Source of the DNA: Candidatus Latescibacterota bacterium
Lineage (GTDB): Bacteria; Latescibacterota; UBA2968; UBA8231
DNA: 64,000 nucleotides
Direction: 5' to 3'
Assembly: GCA_964291625.2 (NCBI GenBank)
Contig: OZ220089.1
Span: 896,001 to 960,000, forward strand
Shown: piece by piece, positions 49,701 through 58,586 of the stretch
How the letters are laid out: every line of letters begins with the position of its first letter
Numbering within the stretch: position 1 is the stretch's first letter
Notes under the pieces: generated by a model
What the model was told of the DNA's origin: nothing
Database searches by the model: none
Seen by the model: only the letters and a program-made list of their open reading frames with translations
Position numbers and translations under genes: made by a program

Positions 49701-50176
49701 AGGTCCCGGAGGACGTTGCCGACGCCGACGATGCGGTAGGAGCGGAGATAGCTGCTGTCGGAGTTGGGGGCGTCGACGCGGTGAACCACCGGATCGCCCT
49801 GGTCATCGGTTTCGATCTGGAAGGTCTTGTTGCCGTGGCCGCGGGCCTGCATCTGGTCGCGGAAGAACGCCTGGATCCGGGGGATCCTGACCTTGATCGA
49901 GTCGACCACGTCGGAGTCGAAGGTGCGGTCGCTGGGGATGAAGTAGATCAGCCGGACCGTGCGAGCAGGGCCCGCGGCGGAGGCGGCCAGGCTCCTGGCG
50001 GCCGGCGGCCCCGGGTGGTCGGCCTCCCAGTGCCCGGCATCGAGGGGCCGGCAGGAGTTCGCCCAGTCGATCCGGGAGCCAGAGGCATGGCCGGCGGTCG
50101 GAGAGAGCAGAAGTGGGAGGAACACAAGACAGGAGATGTGGATAAGTGGAGTTCTCATGTGGATATCTTTCCTCAC
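46754..50176 (-). CDS. Secreted metzincin-type peptidase with WD40 propeller, LRR, EF-hand and FlgD-Ig domains
   Basis: HELGHAFGLHH with NIMSY; GH...SVAFSP...LASGS.D.TIKLWD; LRRs; PNPFN. Start may be at 50158. Confidence 0.88.
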   Translation of the reverse strand: MRKDIHMRTPLIHISCLVFLPLLLSPTAGHASGSRIDWANSCRPLDAGHWEADHPGPPAARSLAASAAGPARTVRLIYFIPSDRTFDSDVVDSIKVRIPRIQAFFRDQMQARGHGNKTFQIETDDQGDPVVHRVDAPNSDSSYLRSYRIVGVGNVLRDLRPTFDSNSSILFIVVDHSTYNNLGWGNVAGFGGRWGKNSGYALLPASFLDATAAHELGHAFGLHHDFNDGANIMSYGPTWNRLSACSAGFLAVHPYFDPHVPIEEQQGWYDILGPTVELVSPLRYAAGSTSFSIRLRVRGSEGRGLQQALFFLKSGATHPAAGSPEVKACRDLQGAQDTVVAFQHDGVVPSAGSGSLSVSPAHYVSIQAVDTEGNANSGPYKDSHYVVAEESPHHLATLFRYTRDISPEIYGAEFSPDGTTLAVSSSAGIQIWDTVTRAAVGTLSGGSSALAFSPDGATIASGTTSTRQANLKLWDVASRTLIATLPGHTGGPTGVHSVAFSPSGDTLASGSGDRTIKLWDVANESLIATLTGHTSHVFSVAWSSDGTLASGSRDGTVKLWDAASQTNTGTLEGNTGRVLAIAFSPDGTLLASSTDGPMLLWGVAARDTVALQGHGKASFSADGATLVTGAQLGEIVLWDVETARSIARLGHPDRLKDNWGFGINGVFSPDGSLLASVGLNGIELWDASEWTDVSPVTAVPAHPDSAALAALYSATNGSGWQGRANWLSGRPMGEWKGVRTNNLGRVYNLSLEWNGLRGTIPPELGNLTFLSALYLYGNHLSGAIPPELGNLSNLTQLEINHNRLSGRIPSELGRLTELTNLRLQSNQLSGRIPSELGNLNDLTSLSLDSNRLSGSIPTELGNLANLTTLGLTNNQLSGSIPAELGNLTNLTTLGLSNNQLSGSIPAELGNLTNLTRLWLSDNQLTGSIPTELGNLTNLTHLYVGGNQLTGCIPGGLRDVTNNDLDTLGLSDCGQTQTQAATDFNGDGRTDFADFFQFIDAYGTSDARFDLDGNGTVDFADFFKFVDAFDQPGQGTKLVAMARELIGLPAAPELHQSRPNPFNSETVISWFLPEPGAARLEVFALTGQRLAVLWQGRQKAGYHRLHWDGRDDAGRPLASGVYLYRLVTSEGVLTRKLTLLR

Positions 50177-52218
50177 TCTCGGGCCCCGTGACGGCGCAGG
50201 ACCCCGGCCGCCTGAAGGGCATCCTTGCGTACCGCCCAGTAGAGCGGTCCCCAGCCCTGATTGTCCTTCGCCTTCGCGTCGGCTCCCGCGTTCAGGAGGA
50301 CCTCGGCGGTCTCATGGGCATCGTTGGCCGCCGCCGAATGCAGCGGCGTCCAGCCGAACTTGTCCTTGGCGTGGACATCGGCTTCCTGTCCGAGCAGGAC
50401 CTCGGCGGTTGCAGAGGCATCTCCCGCCGCGGCCAGGTGCAGGGGCGTCCAACCGAACAGCCTCTCCCTGCCGTTGACATCGGCGCCGTGCTCGAGCAGG
50501 ACTTCCGCGGCCCCGGCAGCGTCTCCCTTGGCGGCCACGTGCAGCGGTGTCCAGCCGTCCTCGTTCCTGGCGTGGACATCGGCTCCCTGCAGGAAGAGGG
50601 ATGCGGCCACCAGGGGCAGGTTGAGGCGCGCGGCGATGTGCAGATCGGTGTCGCCCTTGTTCATCCCGCCCGGAGTTGGACGGCGACCCACCTCCTGGAC
50701 GAATGCCCGTTCCTGGCGCTGTCTCTCCAAACGCTCAGTTTCCAGCGCCGCCTGTTCCCGCTGCACCTCCGCCGGTTCCTGGCGCTCTTGCTCCAGCGCC
50801 GCCCGTTCCCCGGCCCGTTCCTGCAACCCCGCCTGTTTCTGACGCTCTCTCTCCAGGGCCGCTTCTTCGCGCTGCTCCTCCTCCAGCGCCGCCCGTTCCT
50901 CGCGCTCCCTCTCGAGCGCGGCCTGTTCCTGGCGCTGCTGCTCCAGTCTGGCCTGCTCCCGGCGCTCCTTCTCGAGCGCCGCCTGTCTCCGCTGCTCCTT
51001 CTCCAACGCGGCCTGTTCCAGCGCCCGTTCCCGCAGCGCGGCCTGCTCCTGGCGCTGCTGCTCCAGTCTGGCCTGCTCCTGCCGCTGTTTCTCCAGGGCC
51101 GCTTCTTCGCGCTGCTTCTCCAGCGCCGCCTCTTCCCGGCGCTGCTCCTCGAGGGCGGCCTGCTCCCGGGCCTGTCTCTCCAGCGCGGCTTGTCTCTGGC
51201 GCTCCTCCTCCTGTGCCGCCTCCCCGACATGCTCCACGTACCTCTGGCCGCCGAACAGGAGAGCCACCAGACCGAGCACAGCCGCAAGACGCTTGTAGGG
51301 GAAGCTCTTCCCGGGCTTCGATGGCGCCGCCTCCGGCTCTGTACCGCGCAGCACCTCCCGCCACGCCGCGATGCTCTGGGGACGATCGTGGGCGTCCACC
51401 CCCAGGGCGGCGTCTATCGCCCCGAGGAACTGTGGACTCGCCTCCCCCGCGCAGCGCTCGGCCACCGGAACCAGCGGGTCGCTCCGCATGCGGTCCGTCG
51501 CGTCGAAGGGGACCTCGCCGGTCAACGCCCGGTAGCACACCCCTCCCAGGGCATAGATGTCCGTCCAGGCTCCCTGGGAGGCCCGGGTCGAGTACTGTTC
51601 GATCGGGGCGAAGCCGGGGGTGACGATCGACGTGACCGAGCGGCTCCTGGCGCCCATGGCCTGGCGGGCGGCCCCGAAGTCCAGCAGCACGGGAGAGCCG
51701 TCCTTCGCCCGGAGGATGATGTTGGCGGGCTTGATGTCCCGGTGCAGGAACTCCGCTCCATGTACCACTTCCAGCGCACTGAGCAGCGGCTCCAGAATGC
51801 CCTTGAGCTCGCTCTCGCTCAGCTTTCCCTTCCGCTTCAGATGGGCGGACAGACTCTCGCCCTCCACGTAGTCCATCACGATGTAGGCCGTGCGGTGGGC
51901 CTCGAAGAAGTGATGGATGCGGACGATGGCGGGATGCTGAATGCGCGCCAGGATGCGGGCCTCGTCCAGGAAGCGCTCCAGGCCCCACTGGAAGTCCGGG
52001 GCGGCCTGGTCGGTCTGGGGCACCACGGACAGGTTGCGCTCGCGGGTGGCGAGGTCCGCGGGGAAGTACTCCTTGATCGCCACGGGGATATCGAGGGTGA
52101 CGTTCCACCCCAGGTAGGTGATGCCGAACCCGCCGTGGCCGAGAACCCGCTGAAACTCGAAGTCGCGTATGCGGGTCCCTCTCGGCAGCGCCAGGCGATG
52201 CTGTTGCTCTTCACTCAT
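50173..52218 (-). CDS. Hanks-type Ser/Thr protein kinase with TM, repetitive coiled coil and C-terminal ankyrin repeats
   Basis: LGHGGFGITY, VAIKEY, HRDIKPAN, LDFG; TM LAAVLGLVALLF; EQAALE repeats; GWTPLH ankyrins. Confidence 0.94.
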   Translation of the reverse strand: MSEEQQHRLALPRGTRIRDFEFQRVLGHGGFGITYLGWNVTLDIPVAIKEYFPADLATRERNLSVVPQTDQAAPDFQWGLERFLDEARILARIQHPAIVRIHHFFEAHRTAYIVMDYVEGESLSAHLKRKGKLSESELKGILEPLLSALEVVHGAEFLHRDIKPANIILRAKDGSPVLLDFGAARQAMGARSRSVTSIVTPGFAPIEQYSTRASQGAWTDIYALGGVCYRALTGEVPFDATDRMRSDPLVPVAERCAGEASPQFLGAIDAALGVDAHDRPQSIAAWREVLRGTEPEAAPSKPGKSFPYKRLAAVLGLVALLFGGQRYVEHVGEAAQEEERQRQAALERQAREQAALEEQRREEAALEKQREEAALEKQRQEQARLEQQRQEQAALRERALEQAALEKEQRRQAALEKERREQARLEQQRQEQAALEREREERAALEEEQREEAALERERQKQAGLQERAGERAALEQERQEPAEVQREQAALETERLERQRQERAFVQEVGRRPTPGGMNKGDTDLHIAARLNLPLVAASLFLQGADVHARNEDGWTPLHVAAKGDAAGAAEVLLEHGADVNGRERLFGWTPLHLAAAGDASATAEVLLGQEADVHAKDKFGWTPLHSAAANDAHETAEVLLNAGADAKAKDNQGWGPLYWAVRKDALQAAGVLRRHGARE
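50730..51210. repeat. Imperfect coding tandem repeat (~33-36 bp, EQAALExxRx) forming a coiled-coil stalk
   Basis: About 13 successive AALE/ARLE units. Confidence 0.75.
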
Positions 52219-52230
52219 CGGCCGGGACCC

Positions 52231-53100
52231 TCAGGGGGACTGGGACTCTCCCTCCATGCGGCCCTCGGGGCGTCCCAGGCGTCGGGCCCAGCGTCTCAAT
52301 CGGGGCAGGCCCCGATCCGCCGATTCCGTGCCGCCGGCGGGGGCGTACAACACGAGGGTGACATTGTCCTGATGGGGACGATCGGCGGCTTCGACGGCTT
52401 GAATCAGGTCCGCGGCGGCATGCTCCAATGACGCGTCCAGAGTCTCCTCCAGAATTGCGGCGATCTGCCGATCGCCGAGGGTCATCAGACCGTCGCTCGC
52501 CAGCAGCAGCCGGTCCCCCTTCTCCAGGGGGACCGGCTCGGGCGGCGCGTCCACCAGATGGATCTCCCCGCCCATGACGGCGGACCGCAGCGAGTGCCGG
52601 CCGGGATCCCGGTCCGCTTCGTCCGCGGTCATCCGGCCGGTGGCCACCAGATCCGCGAGAACGGGTGTCATGGAGTGGTCTGCGTTCAGCCGCTCCAGCG
52701 CGCCCCTGCGGAACAACCACAAGGGGGAATCCCCGACGCTGATCCAGTGAAGGCCCTGGCTCGAGACCACCGCCGCCACCAGGGTGGAACCCATGCTGTC
52801 CAGCCCGGGATCGCGGGCGATCGCCTCGGCCATGGCCGTGTTGGCCGCCTGGAGACAGCCCTGGAGGCGGTCGGTGATCGGCCCGGAGGCCCGCGGGTAG
52901 GCATCGACGAAGATCTCTCTCAACAGGCCGCTGGCCGTGGCGCCGGCGACGTGGCCGCCCATGCCGTCGGCCACCAGCACCAGGGAGTGCTCGTGGGGGT
53001 CCTTCCCGAGGGCGCAGGCATCGAGGAAGCCGTAGTCGTCCTCCTGGTGATGCCGTTTGCCGCGGATCTGTCTCGCGGCACAGCGGCCGGCTCCGGTCAC
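52231..53100 (-). CDS. PP2C/PPM-family Ser/Thr protein phosphatase
   Basis: QED, VADGMGGH, SVGDS, LASDGL, QDNVT. Confidence 0.93.
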   Translation of the reverse strand: MTGAGRCAARQIRGKRHHQEDDYGFLDACALGKDPHEHSLVLVADGMGGHVAGATASGLLREIFVDAYPRASGPITDRLQGCLQAANTAMAEAIARDPGLDSMGSTLVAAVVSSQGLHWISVGDSPLWLFRRGALERLNADHSMTPVLADLVATGRMTADEADRDPGRHSLRSAVMGGEIHLVDAPPEPVPLEKGDRLLLASDGLMTLGDRQIAAILEETLDASLEHAAADLIQAVEAADRPHQDNVTLVLYAPAGGTESADRGLPRLRRWARRLGRPEGRMEGESQSP

Positions 53101-53726
53101 GGATCCTCGTTCCCTTCGGAGTCCTGCCAGTCGAACTCCGTACCGCAGAAGGGCACGAACCGAAGCACCGTGTTGCCGATGCCGATGCGGCCCTGGGCCG
53201 GCAACTCGGCCGGCGTGAGAACGGGTTTGTCCCCGAGATAGGTCAGGTTGGTGCCGCCGCCGTGCTGCACGTAGAACTTCCGGCCCCGGGGGTCGTAGGT
53301 GACCACGGCATGGCCGTTGCGCGAGATCTGGTCATCGCCGAAGTCCAGCTTGACACGGTCGGTGGCTCCCCGTCCGAGGGAATTGGATCCATACCCCAAC
53401 TGGAGGGCCCGGCCCTTTCCCGGCCCCTCGACGATGACCAGCCATCCCACGACCGGATCGTCCATGCCGCGGGCTTCGGCGGCGTCCTCCTGGCGGACGC
53501 CCTTGTCCGGCCGCCGAGCCCGTCCACCCACCAGCCGCGTCCTCTCCTCTTCGCCGGCGCCGCCTTGACTCTCCCCTCTCTCCATCCGCCGCGTGGCCGA
53601 ATCGAAGGGCCCGGGGCCGGCCTCTTCCTTGCCCTGGTCGGGCGAGGGGGAATCCTTCTCGGGCTTGTCGGGCTTGTCGGTCCTCTTCTCGGTGATGTTG
53701 CCGTCGGGGCGGCGAAAGACGCGCAT
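53097..53726 (-). CDS. FHA-domain protein
   Basis: VVGWLVIVEGPGKG, SLGRG, DDQISRNGHA, GTNLTY; disordered N-terminus with Thr-containing ATRR/ERTRLV motifs. Confidence 0.88.
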   Translation of the reverse strand: MRVFRRPDGNITEKRTDKPDKPEKDSPSPDQGKEEAGPGPFDSATRRMERGESQGGAGEEERTRLVGGRARRPDKGVRQEDAAEARGMDDPVVGWLVIVEGPGKGRALQLGYGSNSLGRGATDRVKLDFGDDQISRNGHAVVTYDPRGRKFYVQHGGGTNLTYLGDKPVLTPAELPAQGRIGIGNTVLRFVPFCGTEFDWQDSEGNEDP

Positions 53727-53751
53727 GGTTCCCTTCCTTCCTCGGGGATTC

Positions 53752-54531
53752 CTACTTCTCGTAGAGCCGGTTGATCAGGTTGTCGAGGCAATACTGCCCG
53801 GACTGGTTGAGGGCCATCTCCTCCCGGTTCTGGGCGATGTGGAGGAGGAAGACCAGGATGATCGACTGCACCAGGGCCAGCAGAGTGGTGTAGAAGGCGA
53901 CGCCGAGCCGTCCCGTGATCTGGCGCAGCAAGGTCGGGTCGTGGGGGTCCACGATCTTGGCGGCATAGTCCAGGGAGAGGGCGATGCCGAGAACGGTCCC
54001 CACGAACCCCATCGTCGGGATGAGCCAGACGAGGTAGCGCAACATCGAGTACTTCAGGTCGAGCTCGTGCTGGAACAGCTCGAGGGAGGAGTTCAGCAGG
54101 GAGTTGGCCTGGTTGACGGAGCGGCTTCCCTGGAACTGCAGGATGCAGCGGACGATCAGGCGCGGCAGGTAGAAGGTGCGCTCCCTCGCCACGGGCATGG
54201 ACCGCTGGTGCAGGGCCCCCAGCTCGTCGGCCCGAAGCATGACCTCGTCCTCTTCCGGCAGATAGCCCTTGCGGATCTGCTGCATCTCGAGTCTCGCCTG
54301 GCCGAACCGCACACAGAGCTCACCGCAGCCGACCCAGAACAGCAGCCACATGAGGTTCTGGATGGTGAAGGGATAGGCGAAGTTCTTCGAGTTTCGATCC
54401 AGCAGGAAGTCGCCCGCAATCGAATCCGGATGGTCGAAGACATAGCTCAGCGCCGCGATGTACAGGGCGCCGCCCGCGAGACTGACGATGGTGGCGATCA
54501 GGCGTTGCTCCCTGCTGATGTCCTTCCCCAT
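53752..54531 (-). CDS. MotA/TolQ/ExbB proton-channel family protein
   Basis: LIPTMGFVGTVLGI and LGVAFYTTLLAL TM signatures. Confidence 0.88.
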   Translation of the reverse strand: MGKDISREQRLIATIVSLAGGALYIAALSYVFDHPDSIAGDFLLDRNSKNFAYPFTIQNLMWLLFWVGCGELCVRFGQARLEMQQIRKGYLPEEDEVMLRADELGALHQRSMPVARERTFYLPRLIVRCILQFQGSRSVNQANSLLNSSLELFQHELDLKYSMLRYLVWLIPTMGFVGTVLGIALSLDYAAKIVDPHDPTLLRQITGRLGVAFYTTLLALVQSIILVFLLHIAQNREEMALNQSGQYCLDNLINRLYEK

Positions 54532-54557
54532 GCCTGTCCTCCTCTCGGCTGCTCGGG

Positions 54558-55475
54558 TCAGCCCGGTTTGGCTCCCACCACGTAGCCGTTGTTCTGCTCT
54601 GTCAGGTGGACGAGAAAGTCGATGAACTTCCGGTCGGCGGTGTAGTTGCCCACGGCGACGGCGTGGATGGGGATCCTCTGCCGGTTTTCGGCCGTCACCG
54701 CCCGCACCACCGTGCGCCAATCCTCCGAGGGAGCGCCGTCGCTCAGGAGGATGATCTCCTCCGGCTTCAGGGCCAGGGCCGCCAGCAGGGCGGCGCGAGT
54801 GGGCGTGACGCCATCCACCATCCCCATCCAGGCGCTTACCTGTTCGATGAGCCGCGGCTGGGAATCCTCACTTACCCGGAAGTACTCCCTGCTCTCCGGC
54901 CAGTAGTGCAGCGTCGTTTCCCTGTGCGGGGCGTGGAAACCGATCAGGCAGACCTCTATCTCGGACTTGAAGGAATCGACCATGTCCTTTATGGAGAGGC
55001 GTATGAACTCGCGATAGTCATGCTCTCCCGGGTGGAAGATGCTCCCCGACATGTCCACGACGAAGACGAATCTGCTGGCCCTGGTCTTGATGCCCAGCAG
55101 CACGCTGGTGTCGTCGATCTCCTGCTGCAGCGCCTCCACCTGCTCGACGAGTTCCGCCTTCGTTCGTTGCGCCAGGGCCCCTCTCTGCTCGAGCCTGGCC
55201 TTCTCCTCTCTCAGCCGTTCCAGGTCGGCCCTCTCCCGCTCGGACCTGGATTCCTCCTGGCTCAGCTCGGCCAGGGCCCGGTCGAGATCGGCCTTCGTCT
55301 GGTTCAGCTCGGCCCTTGCCTGGGCCAGCTCCCTCCTCACCTGGCCCAGGATCTCCAGGTTCGGGAAGAGGGGGATCAGCACTATGGTGATCAGGATGAA
55401 CGCGCCGAGAGCCGAGGCGAGCAGGTCGAGGGCGGACATGCCGAAGACGGTGAGCTCCGGTCTGCGTCTCTTCAT
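54558..55475 (-). CDS. Membrane-anchored vWA-domain protein with ExbD/MotB-like N-terminal TM and coiled coil
   Basis: MSALDLLASALGAFILI TM containing Asp; FVVDMSGS MIDAS, GVTPT, ILLSDGAP. Confidence 0.82.
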   Translation of the reverse strand: MKRRRPELTVFGMSALDLLASALGAFILITIVLIPLFPNLEILGQVRRELAQARAELNQTKADLDRALAELSQEESRSERERADLERLREEKARLEQRGALAQRTKAELVEQVEALQQEIDDTSVLLGIKTRASRFVFVVDMSGSIFHPGEHDYREFIRLSIKDMVDSFKSEIEVCLIGFHAPHRETTLHYWPESREYFRVSEDSQPRLIEQVSAWMGMVDGVTPTRAALLAALALKPEEIILLSDGAPSEDWRTVVRAVTAENRQRIPIHAVAVGNYTADRKFIDFLVHLTEQNNGYVVGAKPG

Positions 55476-55481
55476 CTCGAC

Positions 55482-57026
55482 TCACTCCTGGACCAGGCGC
55501 ACGGAGAAGGCGATCGGGCCCATCTCGAGTCGATCCCCGTCCTGGAGAGCGGCCCTTTCCCCCGGGTCCAGCAATCGGCCATTCAGCTTCGTCCCGTTCA
55601 GGGTCTCCAGATCCTCCGCCCAGAGTGTGGCGCCGGCACATCCGAGGCGGACGTGCTCGCGCGAGACTTCCTCGTGGTCGACGACGAAGTCCGCGGCGGC
55701 CGGGCTTCTCCCTACCGTCACGCCGGCGGGATCGCTCAAGGCCAGGGCCGAAAGGGTCACCGCGAATGGCCGCCCGGAGCCGTCCTCGCCTTCGAGGAGG
55801 CAGCGGAAGGGGGCGGGTCTCGGTGCTTCGGCCGCAGCCCGGCGTGCGGCTTCCGCACTCTCCTCCGCGGCCCTCAGGCGGGACTCTGCACTGCGCAGCT
55901 GCTCCTTCCTGCGGTTGGAGGCCAGGAGCCGGCCGAGCAGGATGAGCAGGACCAGGGCGCCCCCGATGGGAATCCCCCACTTCAAGCCCAGGGGGATCTG
56001 CCAACCCGCCTCCTGGGAATCGCTCTCGGCCTGGGCTGTCTCGGGGGGAAGGTTGCCGCTGGGCGCGGCGGCTACGGAATCCGTCAGCGCCGCCGCTGAC
56101 TCCAGACGGTCCGCCCGGGCCCTGGCCGCCTGCACGCTCTCGGCCGCGGCCTTCCTCTCCGCGGCCGCCCGCGCCTTCACTCTCTCCGTCTCCCGGCGGG
56201 CCTCCCCTTCCTTCTCCTCCGCCTCTCTGGCGGCCTGTCTCGCGGAATCGGCCTCCGCCCGGAGCAGCTTGAGACTGTCCACGGCCGCCAGCCTTTCCCG
56301 TTCCGCCCGCTCGAGGGCGCTCAGGCACTCGGCATCGGCCACCCCATAGGCGATCTCCCGGTCGTCCAGGGCAGCGATCATGTTCCTGCTGCTCAGGGCG
56401 AAGACGGCCCCTTTCGGTCTGGCGGTTCGGAAGGGCCACGGTTCGCCGCGGGGGTTCGGCACGTTGATGGCCACCACATCTCCGCATTCGTTGAACACGG
56501 GCATGCCGAAGGCTTTCTCGGTGATCAGCGCATTGTGTTGCACCAGGCGCCCCACCGGACGCCCCGCCTTCCTGTCGAAGACCGTCTCGAGCGCGCCTAT
56601 CGTCCCCCGGGAAAGCCAGGGACTTCCCATGACGTCGAAGCGCAGTGTCCGGACGGCCCGGCCCGCGTCGATTCCCCTGTCGGACAGCCTCAGGGGAGGC
56701 AGGTTCAGGCTCGGCGCGTGGAGGAGGGCCAGGTTGACTTGGCGATTGGCGAAGACCCGCTCGGGTACCACCTCGGCGCCCGTCTTCAGAGGCGATACCG
56801 TCACTCTCTCCGCCTCGGCCAGGAGGTGGGCATTCGTCAGGACATATCCCCCTTCATCGACGACGAACCCGCCTCCCTCGACGGCGACCTCGTTGTCATC
56901 ATCGTACGCCCGGACCCGGACGATGCTCTCGGAGACGGTATCGACATCCACCTGGGCCTCCGCGTACCCAGGAGAGCTCCAGGAGGCCAGGAGGAATACG
57001 ACTACGGGCAGGACTGACTCTCGCAT
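55482..57026 (-). CDS. Trypsin-like (S1C) domain, coiled coil, TM and cytoplasmic FHA protein
   Basis: Signal peptide; GGGFVV...VLTNAH; PVFNECGDVVAIN; TM; VTVGRS, VSREH, DLETLNGTKLNG FHA motifs. Confidence 0.85.
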   Translation of the reverse strand: MRESVLPVVVFLLASWSSPGYAEAQVDVDTVSESIVRVRAYDDDNEVAVEGGGFVVDEGGYVLTNAHLLAEAERVTVSPLKTGAEVVPERVFANRQVNLALLHAPSLNLPPLRLSDRGIDAGRAVRTLRFDVMGSPWLSRGTIGALETVFDRKAGRPVGRLVQHNALITEKAFGMPVFNECGDVVAINVPNPRGEPWPFRTARPKGAVFALSSRNMIAALDDREIAYGVADAECLSALERAERERLAAVDSLKLLRAEADSARQAAREAEEKEGEARRETERVKARAAAERKAAAESVQAARARADRLESAAALTDSVAAAPSGNLPPETAQAESDSQEAGWQIPLGLKWGIPIGGALVLLILLGRLLASNRRKEQLRSAESRLRAAEESAEAARRAAAEAPRPAPFRCLLEGEDGSGRPFAVTLSALALSDPAGVTVGRSPAAADFVVDHEEVSREHVRLGCAGATLWAEDLETLNGTKLNGRLLDPGERAALQDGDRLEMGPIAFSVRLVQE

Positions 57027-57056
57027 GACTATCGGGGGCAGCTCTGCGGAGGCTGT

Positions 57057-57542
57057 TCAGGCCTCTACGACCAGGAGAATGACGATGAACAGATCGCCTC
57101 CGAATGCCTCCGCCATGTCCAGCAACATCCTTTCACTGTCTTCGATCGCAATCTGCCCATCCTCGACGCGAGGTACCGGGGTTCCCCACTCATCCGATTC
57201 ATCCAGGAGCGATACCAGGAGGGTGATTGCGTAGGCCGCGGGAACATGGAGAGCCTGCCCATCTTCCCCGGGGAAGCTCAGATAGAACTCACGGTAGGTC
57301 TCGGGGCTGATTCGCCCATCCCGAATCAGGATCTCGTTGTCCCTGTTGTAGGCCGATCGGGAAATCCTCATCTCGATGAAGACCTCTTCCTTGTAGACAG
57401 CCGGCTCCCCGGGGTCTCCCTTGCTTCCCGTGTCGCCCTTCTCTCCCTGGATCCCTTGAGGGCCCTGGGGGCCAGTAGGCCCTGCGGGTCCCTCGCAGGC
57501 TGCCAGGGCCGCAATCAGCACCATGGGCAGTACGCGAGTCAT
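57057..57542 (-). CDS. Small collagen-repeat lipoprotein
   Basis: MTRVLPMVLIAALAAC lipobox followed by ~10 Gly-X-Y triplets. Confidence 0.72.
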   Translation of the reverse strand: MTRVLPMVLIAALAACEGPAGPTGPQGPQGIQGEKGDTGSKGDPGEPAVYKEEVFIEMRISRSAYNRDNEILIRDGRISPETYREFYLSFPGEDGQALHVPAAYAITLLVSLLDESDEWGTPVPRVEDGQIAIEDSERMLLDMAEAFGGDLFIVILLVVEA

Positions 57543-57580
57543 GGAGAGTCTCCTGTCGAGGTTCGGGATCTTCCTGTCCG

Positions 57581-58558
57581 TCAGGGCCTCAGGGCGATGT
57601 CCCGCGGCCACTCCAGCCCGGTGACGATGGTCTCGACCTGGGAGCCGTCGAGGTTGGCCCGCCGAATCCTCTCCCCGATCCATTCCGACCAGTAGATCTT
57701 CCCCCCGTCCAGATCGAGGGCGATGCCCATGCTCTGTTCGGAGAACAGGGTCTCGATCTGCGAACCGTCGAGATTCGACCGCTCGACCCCGGCATCCGAC
57801 GCCCAGTAGAGTTTGCCCCCGGCCTCGTCAACGGCCAGGTCGCGCGCACGATCCACTCCCGTGACGATGATCTCGAGTTGGGAGCCGTCGAGGTCAGCCC
57901 GGCGAATCTCCTCCCCGCGCCAGCCCCCCCAGTACATCTTGCCTCCGCTCAGGTCCAGGGCGATCGCTTCCGATGGCCCCGCCTCGGTGACGAGGGTTTC
58001 CACCGGGGAGCCGCCGAGCCCCGTGCGGTAGATCATCCCTCTCCAGTTCGCCAGGTACGTCTTCCCCTCGGTGACGTCCAGGGCGAGGTCACTTCCCAGG
58101 ACGGTGCCGAGGCTCTCGACCTGGGAGCCGTCGAGGTTGGCCCTCCTGACGCTCTCCGCTTCGGTCCAGTAGACCTTGCCACCGGCCGCGTCGAGGGCGA
58201 TGCCCTCCGGATCGTCCAATCCGGAGACGATGGTCTCAACCTGGAAGCCGTCGAGGCTGGCCCGCTGGATCTCGCCCGCGTCGGAGTCCGCCCAGTACAG
58301 AGCGCTGTATGTCGTTTCTCCCGTGGCGGCACCTGGGTCTCCAGGGGGACCCTGCGGTCCGGATTCTCCCTGGGGGCCCTGTGGTCCTTGAGACCCCTCG
58401 GGGCCTTGAGGTCCGGATTCTCCTTGGGGGCCTTGAGGCCCCACGGGCCCGGCGGGGCCTGGGTCGCCCTTCTCGCCTTGAGGGCCCACCGGGCCCTCGG
58501 GGCCGGTGCACGCGGTGAGGGCGAGAGCAAGTAGCAGCGAAAAAGCAAAGTGATTCAT
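57581..58558 (-). CDS. Collagen-repeat lipoprotein with LDL-receptor YWTD-type beta-propeller
   Basis: LALTAC lipobox; ~20 Gly-X-Y triplets; GIALD..GGK.YW...I.RANLDGS repeats. Confidence 0.85.
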   Translation of the reverse strand: MNHFAFSLLLALALTACTGPEGPVGPQGEKGDPGPAGPVGPQGPQGESGPQGPEGSQGPQGPQGESGPQGPPGDPGAATGETTYSALYWADSDAGEIQRASLDGFQVETIVSGLDDPEGIALDAAGGKVYWTEAESVRRANLDGSQVESLGTVLGSDLALDVTEGKTYLANWRGMIYRTGLGGSPVETLVTEAGPSEAIALDLSGGKMYWGGWRGEEIRRADLDGSQLEIIVTGVDRARDLAVDEAGGKLYWASDAGVERSNLDGSQIETLFSEQSMGIALDLDGGKIYWSEWIGERIRRANLDGSQVETIVTGLEWPRDIALRP

Positions 58559-58586
58559 GACATCCCTCCTTTTCAAAGGGAAGAGG

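Noticed and set aside
53752-55475. Zorya (ZorAB) or flagellar MotAB assignment
   Set aside because: The partner has a vWA domain rather than an OmpA-like peptidoglycan-binding domain, there is no long ZorA tail, and no zorC/D/E or flagellar genes are present.
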